Positions 1 through 29,212 of a stretch of DNA of 64,000 bases are shown one piece after another (the first letter of the stretch is position 1; each line of letters opens with the position of its first letter). The translations under genes and the position numbers were made by a program. Below the pieces are notes generated by a model, which saw only the letters and a list, made by a program, of their open reading frames with translations, had not been told where the DNA came from and did not search any database. The DNA is from the human T2T-CHM13v2.0 reference genome, Homo sapiens. The DNA lies in the NCBI RefSeq assembly GCF_009914755.1, contig NC_060936.1. One strand, 5' to 3'.

Positions 1-189
1 GCCTCCCTCTTTCACCTATAAAGACCTCTGTGATGACACCAGGCCCACCTGGATAATCCAGGATCATGTCCGAATCTTAAGGTCCTTAATCACATCTGCA
101 GAGCCTCTTTTGCCATGTAAGGTGGCATATTCCCAGCTTCTAGGGGCTAGGATGTGGATGTGTTGGGGGCCATTATCCACTCAGCCATA
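1..189 (-). mobile_element. MaLR LTR (MLT1-type), truncated by the window start
   Basis: GGCCCACCTGGATAATCCAGGAT...CACATCTGCAGAG...GGGGGCCATTAT hallmark segments. Confidence 0.75.
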
Positions 190-299
190 GGTAGGCAACC
201 GTCTCCACCACAGAGTCCTATTAGCATTTATCCTCCACATTTTTCACTTACTAACTCCTCTTTAATCTGTTTGAATCTTGATTCCATCTGCATCACATC

Positions 300-2156
<1,857 letters not shown>

Positions 2157-2559
2157 TAATTGCAAATTTGTTTTTTGAAATACACTGCAGAAACATTTTG
2201 TACTGAAAAAAACCCTTTCAACATTTTGATTAGAATTGTAATATGTTGTAAATAGTCGTTCGTTCCATTCCCCAACAGCTGTGTATTGAGCACTTCCCTG
2301 TGCCAGGCATTGCAGAGTCTAGGGATGCTGTGGACCTCACTGGGGGAGGGCTTTTCTAGTGAAAGTGACCATGTATTATGTAAGTCTGCCTCCCAAGTGC
2401 ATGTCTCCACTTGTTCAGATCTGGGTTCTTTTCCCACATCTGCTCCTGTGGGTTGAGAACTTGAATCCCTTCATGACTGAGGGTCTTGCCTTTGCTCCAA
2501 AGTGACAGTGGCAGAGGAGGCAGGTCAGGTAGTACCGCAATCCCACTGACAGGCACAAG

Positions 2560-2790
2560 GTATCAAAATACCAGCTGCTGTGCTGGCGTGGCCTGCAGAT
2601 TGCCATGGTGGTTCACAACATTTTGAATTAGCTATCTGTACTGAAAAATCAGAGAATTTCACTTCAAAGATCCCAATTTTCAGCTTTTCTGGAAAAATCA
2701 AAGATTTTGTAGCATTGGGTCTTCCTCCCAAACCCAGCCAATTGGCAAGAGCCCTGTAGCAGGGGTGCCCTTTGGCCACCTCCCTGTGGA
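2560..2790 (+). mobile_element. hAT-Charlie relic (MER102-like)
   Basis: TTTTGAATTAG...AAAAATCAGAGAATTTCAC...GAAAAATCAAAGAT resembles MER102 as I recall it. Confidence 0.55.
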
Positions 2791-2827
2791 CTCCCTCTCC
2801 TGGACTGAATGTCTCCAGGATTACTAG

Positions 2828-3450
<623 letters not shown>

Positions 3451-3931
3451 TTATGCAGCATTTTTCCTTCTAGAGGATTTCAGAGAAAAGTGAAATCTTG
3501 ATTACACCCAGCCTGAGTCATTCATTCACATGATCACAGCGCTGGCCCCTCATACATATGCCTTTGAGTTCATGGCTGTGGATTCAGCTGGTTGTTACCT
3601 TCCTTCTGCTCACCTCTCAGGGCTCACCCGAGACAGCACTGCCTTCAGGAAGCCTTCCCTCATATCCTAGACTAGCGAGGGCAGACTTTGCTGCTGGCCA
3701 GGCCTCCCTGCAGTCATCAGATGTTATTGTAATTACTTATTCTGGAGCTGCTCCTTGCAGGACTGAATGCTCCATGAGGGAATGTCCTCTGTCTTGGTCA
3801 GAGACTCCTTCTCACCTCTAGCTCCACATCTGGCATGTAATAAGCACTTGTTAACTCTTCAGTGAATAAATGTAGGAGTCTTGTGTCCTCCACTGTCTTC
3901 CTTGGCCCCTGATGTGTGGTTCTCATCCCAG

Positions 3932-4143
3932 GCCTGCAGAATGATCACAAGGCAGTGATGAAGCAGGTGGAGGAGGCCCTGCACCAGCTGCACGCTCGCG
4001 ACAAGGAGAAGCAGGCCCGGGACATGGCTGAGGCCCACAAAGAGGCCATGAGCCGCAAACTGGGTCAGAGTGAGAGCCAGGGCCCTCCACGGGCCTTCGC
4101 CAAAGTGAACAGCATCAGCCCCGGCTCCCCAGCCAGCATCGCG
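3932..4143 (+). CDS. PSMD9: PSMD9 (p27 proteasome assembly chaperone) coding exon 3, 212 nt
   Basis: cccag|GC CTG CAG acceptor and GCG|gtaatc donor. Encodes [70 protein letters not shown], recognised as PSMD9. Upstream exons are outside the window. Confidence 0.97.
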
Positions 4144-4524
4144 GTAATCCAGGGGTTGGCCACTCAAGTCCATGCCCAGGGGACACGGTGGGTCAGGTAG
4201 CCTTCGGGGATGTGGAAAGACAGACTAGTTCTCTCCGTGCTGCGGTGCTGAGTTCAGTTACTCATTTAACAAACACTGACTGAGGCCTGTCGTGTATCCA
4301 GCCCTGTGCTGGGGGCAGAGTTTTAGAGAGGGGTCAGCCCCGGCTGCCCACTACATTGGTGGGGGAGTGACCTCTTCCCAGTGACAGAAGATGATAAATG
4401 TCCCAAGAGAGGGAGAGGATCTCTTCTTGGGGCTCATTTTAGCTGGGCACTGAATGATGAAAATGAGAATGGCATCTTGCCAAATGAGTTATGCATCTTA
4501 TGTGGTGTCTTAAAAAAAACATTA

Positions 4525-6420
<1,896 letters not shown>

Positions 6421-6519
6421 ATGTAGTTAAATTTAATTCCACAGCCACTTCTGGGATAGGTCCTAATCTTTACTCATTTCATCCTCGAGGAAAAGCCTTG
6501 CAGACCTGAAGTAACTTAT

Positions 6520-6663
6520 GTCAGGACACATAGTTCCTGCCAGGTGGAATGGGGTCCTAAACCCTGGTCAGGACACATAGTTCCTGCCAGGTGGAATGGG
6601 GTCCTAAACCCTGGTCAGGACACATAGTTCCTGCCAGGTGGAATGGGGTCCTAAACCCTGGTC
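6520..6663. repeat. 47-bp tandem repeat, 3 identical copies, inside a MIR relic
   Basis: GTCAGGACACATAGTTCCTGCCAGGTGGAATGGGGTCCTAAACCCTG at 6520, 6567 and 6614. Confidence 0.95.
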
Positions 6664-7289
6664 CTACCAGTCTTCTTTAATGGTCACAAGTCTGTAAGTT
6701 ACACAGAAGCTCCCTATCATTCACTACCCCATCTACTGCATCTAACCCAGTGCCAGTTGGCCCACAACAAATACTTGTTACAGGGGTGAATGAGTGGTGG
6801 TCTGTCTTCTTAGGACCTAGAACAAGAGCGTCACTCTAGTCTTGGATGCGCCCTGTGCCTGTGGCTGCTTGTCTGGGGGCTTCTAGGGCAAGTGTCTTGT
6901 CTAAATGTTGATCACTGAATAAAATGGGCCCAGCCTGGCTTGCCTTCTCTTACCCTTGAACCTGGGTTAGGACCGCAGAGAGCAGCATTTGGCCTTTCCC
7001 ATGCTCCTCAAGGCCTTCACAGTGTCTGGTAACTGCCAGCTCTCAGACATTGGGCAGACCTGGTCATCTTTACTAGAGCTGCCCTCAAAGGAACCCCAGG
7101 AGGAGGTGGCCCCGTTACCCACTGCCCCTTCCTGCATGAGGTGTCTACATCCCTGACCTCTTTGTTCTGAGCCTACCCTGTAGAAAACAAGCTCGTGACC
7201 TTGGCATTAAATTGGGTATTGAAGGTTAGAGACCACCAGGAGCACACTGAACCTCTAGCCTGATTTTCCATTTTTCCTTCCCTCTCCAG

Positions 7290-7391
7290 GGTCTGCAAGT
7301 GGATGATGAGATTGTGGAGTTCGGCTCTGTGAACACCCAGAACTTCCAGTCACTGCATAACATTGGCAGTGTGGTGCAGCACAGTGAGGGG
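7290..7391 (+). CDS. PSMD9: PSMD9 coding exon 4 (PDZ domain), 102 nt
   Basis: Pyrimidine tract + ccag|GGT and GGG|gtgagt. Encodes [34 protein letters not shown], phase 0/0. Confidence 0.97.
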
Positions 7392-7408
7392 GTGAGTGGG
7401 GCTACCTG

Positions 7409-7768
7409 GTGTCTCGGTCTGTTTGGGTTTTTCTAACAGTATGCCATAGACTGCGTGGCTTACAAACAACAGAAGTTCATTTTTCACAGCTCTGGAGGCA
7501 GGGAAGTCCAAGATCCAGGCACCAGCCAATTTGGTGTCTGGGGAGGGCTTGCTTCCTAACTCCTAGGTGGTGCCTTCTTGCTGTGTCCTCACATGGCAGA
7601 AAGGGGAGGAACCCTGGGAGCTCTTGTATAAGGGCACTAATCCCAGTGGGGGCGCCACCCCTCATGACCTAATCACCTTGCAGAGGCCCCACCCCTAATA
7701 CCATCACATTGGTGGTTAGGATTTCAACATATGAATTTCAGGGGGCCACAGACATTCAGGTCATAGCA
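7409..7768 (-). mobile_element. MaLR solo LTR (MLT1A-like), 17 nt after the PSMD9 exon 4 donor
   Basis: CCATAGACTG...ACAACAGAA...GGAAGTCCAAGATC...TAAGGGCACTAATCCC...TTTCAACATATGAATTT. Confidence 0.8.
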
Positions 7769-8029
7769 CTCGGCCTCTGGTCTATAGCCCTGGAGTTACT
7801 GGAAGTGTTGCTGAGGCCCTGGACTGCTGCCTTCATGGTGTTGCTCAGCACAGCCCCATTCAAGGACTTGGCACCTGCTATTCCTTCTGTTTAGAATGCT
7901 CTTCCTCTTCATCCTCCTTCTGTTTTACACTGGTGACATGCTCGCAGGGGGCCTTTCCTGGCTACCCTAACCCAAATTCCCCTCTCCTCTGCCCTGTCTC
8001 TGTTTTCATTTAACAAGGTTTCTTAGAGA

Positions 8030-12777
<4,748 letters not shown>

Positions 12778-12799
12778 CCAAAATAATTTTTTAAAAAGT

Positions 12800-19645
<6,846 letters not shown>

Positions 19646-20152
19646 TATTATCAAATAGGTTCATACTTTGGTGGGGTTTTGGTTTGTTTTGACTAAAACC
19701 CTTCATTCTCTGTACTGTATTTGAACAATACCTATTGATGGACATTTCTGGTGTTTTCAGTTTTTGAATTTCTACACAGTCCTGGAATGAACATTTCATT
19801 TGTATGTCTCGCTAATTTTTATACTTTTTGTAGAGTGCTGGGATTACAGGCATTTGTATGTCTTGTAATTTGTATGTCATCTTGCAATTGTGTACTATGT
19901 ACCTTGGATGTACCTTTTAAAGATCGTTGGTGGTGGGACACGTGTTTTTTGAGGAAGATGGTACTGAGGTCAGCACCCTGGCTGCCCTGAGAGTGCAGTG
20001 CCACGTTCCCCACCCTCTCGCCAACCACAGGATTATGCTGCAAATGTAAATCTTTACCAATTTGATAGGCAAAAAATGGGATCTCAGCATTTTAGCCTGC
20101 ATCTCTGAGTACTAACGAGGCTGAACACGAAATGAGCTTATTTTCTTTTCAG

Positions 20153-20241
20153 AAGCCCCTGAATGTGACAGTGATCCGCAGGGGGGAAAAACACCAGCTT
20201 AGACTTGTTCCAACACGCTGGGCAGGAAAAGGACTGCTGGG
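20153..20241 (+). CDS. PSMD9: PSMD9 coding exon 5, 89 nt
   Basis: ttttcag|AAG CCC and GG|gtaaag. Encodes [29 protein letters not shown](G). Confidence 0.97.
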
Positions 20242-20580
20242 GTAAAGTATCTGTTTCTGTTCATTCTCACTGGGGCATCATTTGAGTGTTTGTTAAACAT
20301 GAAGCTGGAGGGGAAGGCTGGGGAGACATTGGGGAATAATGGGAATCCCCAGTTTGCATGGAAACTGCAGATAAATCCTCGTGGTAGGAACGAGACTACA
20401 GCTCTAGAAGCAGAGGGAGCCCCAGAGTCTCTCCTGGGAGTCTCTCCAGTTCATTCATGCACTAGGCATTTGCTTTAAAAGAATGAAAGAACATTGGTGA
20501 AAAGGTCAGAAGGGCTCAGCCTCTGACCTTCCTGAAGGGAGCCTCCAAACTTACGCCATTCCTTTTCTTCTTTCTTCCAG

Positions 20581-20608
20581 CTGCAACATTATTCCTCTGC
20601 AAAGATGA
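20581..20608 (+). CDS. PSMD9: PSMD9 last exon, coding part (CNIIPLQR-stop)
   Basis: Long pyrimidine tract ttccag|C TGC AAC ... AGA TGA. Phase-2 continuity with exon 5. Confidence 0.96.
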
Positions 20609-20913
20609 TTGTCCCTGGGGAACAGTAACAGGAAAGCATCTTCCCTTGCCCTGGACTTGGGTCTAGGGATTTCCAACTTGTCTTCTCTCCCTGAAGCATA
20701 AGGATCTGGAAGAGGCTTGTAACCTGAACTTCTGTGTGGTGGCAGTACTGTGGCCCACCAGTGTAATCTCCCTGGATTAAGGCATTCTTAAAAACTTAGG
20801 CTTGGCCTCTTTCACAAATTAGGCCACGGCCCTAAATAGGAATTCCCTGGATTGTGGGCAAGTGGGCGGAAGTTATTCTGGCAGGTACTGGTGTGATTAT
20901 TATTATTATTTTT

Positions 20914-20919
20914 AATAAA
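20914..20919 (+). terminator. Proximal polyadenylation signal AATAAA
   Basis: Canonical hexamer preceded by a U-rich (TAT)n/T tract. Confidence 0.75.
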
Positions 20920-21238
20920 GAGTTTTACAGTGCTGATATGACCCTGTTGTCACCCCAGCTGAATTTCTTATGACCCTCCCAAACCAAAGCTCAGATGGGG
21001 TCAGAAGAGCTTCATAGAAAGTTGGGCAAAACAGGCTAGCAATTGCAAAGTCAGGCTTTGACCAACATATTTCTTTGCACTGAGGCCTTGCTGCTGTGGA
21101 TACGGAAATGGTTAAGTACTGTGCTTCCTCAGCAGCTGGGCTGTCAGGGCCATAGTAGCTCCCTTTGGAGAACAGGGAAAGCCTGGAGGCTTCCCAGGTG
21201 GCCCAGCGTGGTGTCCTGTCAGCTTCCTCTTTAGGAAC

Positions 21239-21253
21239 CCACCAGAGGGCAGC
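21239..21253 (+). promoter_or_regulatory. CTCF-like motif in the PSMD9 3'UTR
   Basis: CCACCAGAGGGCAGC matches the CTCF core consensus CCASYAGRKGGCRS. Confidence 0.55.
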
Positions 21254-21289
21254 AAGCTCCTTTCACTTCGCTAGTAAGAACCCCTCCGT

Positions 21290-21585
21290 TTTTGTGTGTT
21301 TTTGTTTTTGTTTTCTGGAGACAAGGTCTTGCTTTGTCACCCAGGCTGGAGTGCAGTGTCGTGATCAAGGTTCACTGAAGCCTTGACGCTGTGGGCACTG
21401 CCTCAGCCGCCCAAGTATCTGGGACCACAGGCGTGCACCACCATGCATAGCTAATTTATTTTTTGTAGAGACAGGGTCTCCCTGTGTTGACCAGGTTGGT
21501 CTCGAACTCCTGGGCTCAAGCAGTCCTCCTGCCTTGGCCTCCTAAAAGTGCTGGGATCACAGGCGTGAGCCACTGCGCCCAGCCC
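21290..21585 (-). mobile_element. Old antisense Alu (AluJ-like) in the long PSMD9 3'UTR
   Basis: Diverged Alu containing GAACTCCTGGGCTCAAGCAGTCCTCC. Confidence 0.85.
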
Positions 21586-22139
21586 ACTGCTAGTTTGACT
21601 TTTTATAATTGAACCTCCTGGCTATGCCCTGAGATCAGCGCTATTTTGTAAACCGCTGAGGTATGGATAGGAACGAGTAGATCAGACCTCTTGAAAATGC
21701 TTATTCTTCCTCCCTTTTATTTTTTGTCTCTTTTAAGATGGTAAAATGGTTCTCAGGGATTCCTGCCAATACTTTGAATTATTTTTTCCTCTCCATGGTA
21801 TCAGTGTTCATTTCCCCAGTTCTTGCACACCGCTTTCTGTTTTGGCAGTTCTGCCAGGCAAGCCCTGTGTTCCTTGGGACTGGTTTTGCTGTGGTTGGAT
21901 ACAGATACCAGCTTGCCTTGATGGGATTGGTATTGCTGTGTGCTTCCAGCCACAGGTTCTCACACTCAATTCCAAAGCCTTCCTATTGGGCGAATTCCCT
22001 CAAACTCTATTTGACCTGACAGCCATACGTATTCCCCTCTGGTAGCCACAGACATGCTGTGTTTACCAATGTTTGCTGTTTAAATTGCATGTTCTAATTC
22101 CACGTATTTTCCAGTCTCTTTTATAAAGTCTCAGACTAT

Positions 22140-22145
22140 AATAAA
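22140..22145 (+). terminator. Distal polyadenylation signal AATAAA
   Basis: Canonical hexamer with a T-rich tract about 20-35 nt downstream. Confidence 0.75.
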
Positions 22146-22857
22146 CACAGCTTGCCCAGTTTATCCTTTCTTTTTTATTTTAAGATGTATGCATATTAAT
22201 CAATTTACCATCACTGGGGCATGGCAGTGTGGGCGGGGAGAATTATTCACATTCTCCTAAAATGACAGCAGCAGAGAGCCTTCTGCCTCAGTGGCTCTGG
22301 CTGGTTTCCTGCAGGGGTCCCAGTGGAAACCCGTGTGGCCACCTGTTGCCGTCTTCCATGAGATGTTAGTGGAGAGCCACTTTGACGTGGAATGATCCTA
22401 ATAGATATAGCCAGACCGGTTTTGCGGAAACGCTTTGTGCTGAGAACCGCAAGCTGGTGCACCCTGTGTCATATCTGCCCCCAGCCAGCTGGAATTGTCT
22501 GCAACACGCGGTGCCCGGTGAGGAGGCAGGCAGGACGGTTGTGTGCTGCATCCATGAGACCTGGAAATTCAGTTTGCTTTTGGAAAAGAGCATTGTATCC
22601 GAGTTCATACTTCTCCACCCCATCTTGCCAAGGTTGCGGAAAGTAAAAATTGGCAGTATTGGCCGCTGCAGCTTCTTAGGGGACCGGACCATGTGAAAAG
22701 GTGGGATCGTGCGAGCGGAGGAAGGACAGAAAAGCGAGGAAAGTCTATGCCGCCAGCGACCCGCAGGAGGCACGTCGGGCACGCTCGTCACCGTTTCCTG
22801 GCACGTGACCACCGCCCTGCCCTGTCATTTTAGGGCCTGTCGCTTCCGGCGGTGGCG

Positions 22858-22871
22858 GTTGCCATGGGGAC
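22858..22871 (+). promoter_or_regulatory. RFX X-box
   Basis: GTTGCCATGGGGAC versus the palindromic consensus GTTGCCATGGCAAC. Flanked by GTTTCCTGGCAC (22793) and a GGCAAC half-site (22883). Typical of ciliary genes. Confidence 0.75.
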
Positions 22872-23006
22872 GGAGCTTGGGTGGCAACCAGAACTAGGGA
22901 GCTGGTGGAGAAGGTGGCGGCCGCTGGAAGGAGGCCCGGGAGGTGGCTGAGGGGTCCAGGCGGCGGGACGACTCTGGCCTTTTGAAGACCGGGGTGGGTG
23001 CTCTCT
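22870..23006 (+). other. CFAP251: Probable non-coding exon 1 of CFAP251 (start approximate)
   Basis: The best donor in the island is TCT|gtaagt at 23007. The TSS cannot be determined from sequence. Confidence 0.6.
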
Positions 23007-23769
23007 GTAAGTCCGGGGCGGAGGCCACGCGGCCCTGGCGAGGGGGCCCCCGACCTGGCGGGGTCTGGTGCCCCTTGGGGGGCGCTCACCCGACCTGGCC
23101 CTTGTGGGGCCTGGGGCGGCCCCAGGGAGACCTGAGTTGGAGGCAGAGGCCGCACCTGGGCTTTAATCCCCTCGCAGAGCCACGCACCTGGCACCCCTGC
23201 CCCAAACCCCTGCGGCTCGAACCCGGCTGTCCAGACGCGCCGGCGAAGTTGGGCTCAGTCAAAAGAGGCTCGGTGGTGAGAGCCCTAGACTTGATTCAGA
23301 GCAGTGATTTTTCAGCTGGAGAAACTAAGTGCCAGAGAAATCTCGTTCTTACTAGCGGTGTCATCTTGAATAAGTCACTTCACCTCTCAGAGCCTCAAAC
23401 TCATTTATCCATTCATTATTTATTTTATTATTATTATTATTATTATTTTTTTTTTTACCAGAGATGAATTTGAGGAGCTGATACATTTAGTGCTGAGAAA
23501 GAAATTAAGAAATAGAAATACCTTTTCTACTCTGTACTCTCTGGGACTTTATTTTCAAAGTGTTGAGTTCTCTTATTCTAATGTCACTGAAAATGTAGGG
23601 ATTTTTTTTGTTCGGGGTCCAACTCTTTAGGGATAAAGTATCCATCCTTATTGTTTTCCTAGTTCAAACTCTTGTTTGTTGTAAGGAATAAATGGAGAAT
23701 ATGCCAGAAGGCTTTCAAACTGTTCATTTCTTTGCACATTAGGGTTGCTTTTCTCTCAAATAATAACAA

Positions 23770-24010
23770 CTGCTACCATTTTTTCAAGCTGTATGTGCCA
23801 GAATTGTGATGAGCATTTTATATATGTTATCACTTCTCTACAACAACCCTAGAATTTAGGATTATTCTTTTCATTTTGCCCATGAGAAAATGCAGACTCT
23901 GAGGGGTAAAGTGACTTGCCCAAGGTCACAGAGCAAGTACGTGGTGGAAATGGGATTCAATGCTAGGACAAGCTGACAGCAAGGCCCTTGCTTTTAACCA
24001 CTAGGCTACC
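23770..24010 (+). mobile_element. MIR
   Basis: CATTTTGCCCATGAGAAAATGCAGACTCTGAGGGGTAAAGTGACTTGCCCAAGGTCACA core. Confidence 0.8.
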
Positions 24011-24126
24011 CTGCTTCTTCTCGTATTCCTGTTTCTAGAATTGTTGCTAATATGTGGGTTATGCATTTTGCTGCCTGTGGGAATATAAATATATTTTAAA
24101 TGAGTAAAAAGGCTACAAGGTGTTTA

Positions 24127-24903
<777 letters not shown>

Positions 24904-24981
24904 TAGCCAGGATGGTCTCGATCTCCTGACCTCGTGATCCACCCGCGTCAGCCTCCCAAAGTGCTGGGATTACAGGCGTGA

Positions 24982-25457
<476 letters not shown>

Positions 25458-25607
25458 TGACATTCTTTTTATTCCTATGGAAAGGGAACAGAGCCATTTA
25501 TGCACATTTCATCAGTAGGTTAGTGCACTAGGAGATGGAAATGGGAAGCTGAGGGCCAGCTGGTTATCATGGTCAAAATCTCTCTAGAGGAAACTCTACA
25601 GAGAAGA

Positions 25608-26000
25608 ATGTCAGATGCAGCAGAAGCTCCCCGAGAAGCAACAGGAGAAAATGGAGAAACAGAAATGAAAGAAGAGGAGGAACCTAATCCAAATTATAAA
25701 GAAGTAGAAGATCCACAACAGGAATCAAAAGATGACACAATAGCATGGAGAGAGTCTCAGGAGGAGGAGAGGAAAACGGGCGAGGAGGAAGGGGAGGAGG
25801 AGGAGAAAGAGGAGGAGGGGAAGGAGGACAAAAAGATTGTCATGGAAGAAACTGAGGAAAAGGCTGGAGAAGTCCAAGAGAAGGAGGCTTCAGGAATACA
25901 GGAAGAAACCACAGTAGAGCCCCAAGAAGTCACAGCGTCCATGATCCGTTTGGAGACACAGATTACTGATTCCCAGTCAATCACATCAGGAATTTTCCCA
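25608..26000 (+). CDS. CFAP251: CFAP251/WDR66 exon 2 coding part (acceptor at 25588, ATG at 25608); Glu-rich N-terminus
   Basis: ctctag|AGG acceptor; [25 protein letters not shown]...SITSGIFP; CCA|gtaagt donor. Confidence 0.95.
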
Positions 26001-26446
26001 GTAAGTAGTCATCTTAATTCATTCATCAATTCATTCAGAATCATTAGTTGAATGCTTAGTATAGGCCAGACTATGGGAACACAAAACCAAATAAGGTACA
26101 ATCCATTCCTTTTTTTTTTTTTTTTTTGAGACAGAGTCTCACTGTTGCCCAGGCTGGAGTGCAGGGGCACAATCTCAGCCTGCTGCAACCTCCGCCTCCT
26201 GGGTTCAAACTATTCTCCTGCCTCAGTCTCCTGAGTAGCTAAGATTACAGGCATCCACCACCACACCCAGCTAATGTTTTATATTTTCAGTAGAGATGGG
26301 GTTTCGGTCTTACCATGTTGGCCAGACTGGTCTCAAATGCATGATCTCAAATGATCTGCCCACCTTGGCCTCCCAAAGTGCTAGGATTACAGGCACACGC
26401 CACCACGCCCGGCCACAATCCATTCTTTTTTTTTTTTTTTTTTTGA

Positions 26447-26590
<144 letters not shown>

Positions 26591-27027
26591 TGATTTTTTT
26601 GTATTTTTAGTAGAGGCAGGCTGTCACTTATGTTGGCCAGGCTGGTCTCAAACTCTTGACCTCAGGTGATCCACCAGCTTTGGCCTCCCAAAGTGCTAGG
26701 AGCCCCTGCACCTGGCCACAATCCATTCTTTTAAGGAGCTCTAAGGTGTGTAGGGAGGCAGACCTATGAGTGCAGTGAGTGAAAGATGCACAGGAGATGA
26801 AACAGGGCCTCTTAACTCAGTTTGGAGGATGGCCAGGGAAAGCTTCCTGGAGGAGGTGTGTGCCACAGCTGAGGTGCTCGCCTTAGAATGGAGTCGGTAT
26901 GATAATAGGAGTGTAGGCTTCCCACAGACTGCTCCCAGTAGGAGAACTTAGCTGTGGCCTAAGAATAGGTCACTGTCTGTAGCTAGTCAGCCTTTTGGAG
27001 ACCAACGAGTGCCACTTAGAAGAATGA

Positions 27028-27316
<289 letters not shown>

Positions 27317-27640
27317 TAGCCAGGATGGTCTCGATCTCCTGACCTCGTGATCTGCCCGCCTCGGCCTCCCAAAGTGCTGGGATTACAGGCGTGAACCACC
27401 GTGCCTGGCTCTTTTCTTATCTTTTCCTTTTCCCCCTCCCCTCCCCTCTCCTCCCCTTCCTGTCCCTTCTTCTCTCCTCTCATCCCTCCTTCCTTTCTGG
27501 GGTCTCACTTTGTCACCTAGGCTGGAGTACAGTGACATGATCTTTCACAAGCAGCCTCAACCTCCCAGGCTCAAGCAATCCTCTCACCTCAGCCTCCTGA
27601 GTAGCTGGGGCTACAGGCATGTACCACCACGCCCAGCTAA

Positions 27641-27787
<147 letters not shown>

Positions 27788-27937
27788 TAAGTACAAAATG
27801 TTCCAGCCTCTTTTAAAAAACGTTTCATAATTCCTAGGTGAGGCTAACACTAAGACTGGCTGACTGGGAATAGAAAAGGTGAATAAATGGTGAGTAGCAG
27901 CACATATGGAATCATGATATTTTATTTCTTTTTAAAG

Positions 27938-28306
27938 AAAACCCAAAGAGGTAGCAAGTCAAAGCTTTCCTTACAATTGGAGGATGCAGAAACAGATGAG
28001 CTTTTAAGAGACCTGAGCACACAAATTGAATTTCTTGATTTGGATCAAATCAGTCCTGAGGAACAACAGATTAGTTCCCCTGAAAGGCAGCCCTCAGGAG
28101 AGCTTGAGGAGAAAACCGACCGGATGCCCCAAGATGAACTGGGACAAGAAAGAAGGGACTTGGAGCCAGAAAACAGAGAGGAGGGACAAGAAAGGAGAGT
28201 ATCCGACATCCAGTCCAAAGCAGGGATCTCCCGGGAGTCACTGGTGTCCAGCACCACAGAGGACATTCTGTTTCAAAAGGATAAAAGCACCCCGGTGTAT
28301 CCCTTG
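27938..28306 (+). CDS. CFAP251: CFAP251 exon 3, 369 nt
   Basis: tttaaag|AAA ACC and TTG|gtaagt; KTQRGSKSK...STPVYPL; phase 0/0. Confidence 0.95.
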
Positions 28307-28415
28307 GTAAGTGTAATGCTTTTAAATCTCCCCCAGTGCTTTGAGAGTGTTGCGCAATAGGGGAATTTTATGCATGTTGGGGGAAAAAGAATACCACCAG
28401 AAGGATACTTTTTAA

Positions 28416-28972
<557 letters not shown>

Positions 28973-29212
28973 TGATCCGCCCACCTCGGCCTCCCAAAGT
29001 GCTGGGATTACAGGCGTGAGCCACCACGCCCGGCCTAGACTTGTGTCTTTTAAAGTTCGGTTAAGAGCTCCGACTGGAACACGTGTGACTGAACATGAAC
29101 TTGAGAGCGGCATCTGCGTTCAATGGTGTTGCTCAGCAGGCAGGAAATTCCAGACATAGTTTGTCTGTTGCATAGGGTGCTATTTCACGTGGGAGATCCA
29201 AACTCCATTCCG

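Larger units (their letters stand above)
20609..22165 (+). other. PSMD9: PSMD9 3'UTR (short and long forms; 3' end approximate)
   Basis: Follows the stop codon. AATAAA at 20914 and 22140, the latter followed by a U-rich downstream element. Confidence 0.8.
22400..23280. promoter_or_regulatory. CpG-island promoter of CFAP251/WDR66
   Basis: High GC and CpG density. E-box CACGTGAC at 22802, GC box at about 22812, ETS-type CTTCCGG at 22843, X-box at 22858. Confidence 0.85.

Noticed and set aside
3859-4173. Antisense 104-aa ORF over PSMD9 exon 3, and similar shadows over CFAP251 exons 2, 3 and 5
   Set aside because: Shadow ORFs produced by codon bias of the real exons.
6520-6663. CRISPR-like direct repeats
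   Set aside because: The copies are contiguous with no spacers, in eukaryotic DNA; this is an ordinary tandem repeat.
22247-23467. Several 70-174 aa ORFs on both strands across the CpG island
   Set aside because: Expected from stop-codon scarcity in GC-rich DNA; no recognisable domains.
25569-25607. In-frame upstream ATG giving a 13-aa N-terminal extension of CFAP251
   Set aside because: The ATG lies in intron 1, upstream of the acceptor at 25588, so it is absent from the spliced mRNA.
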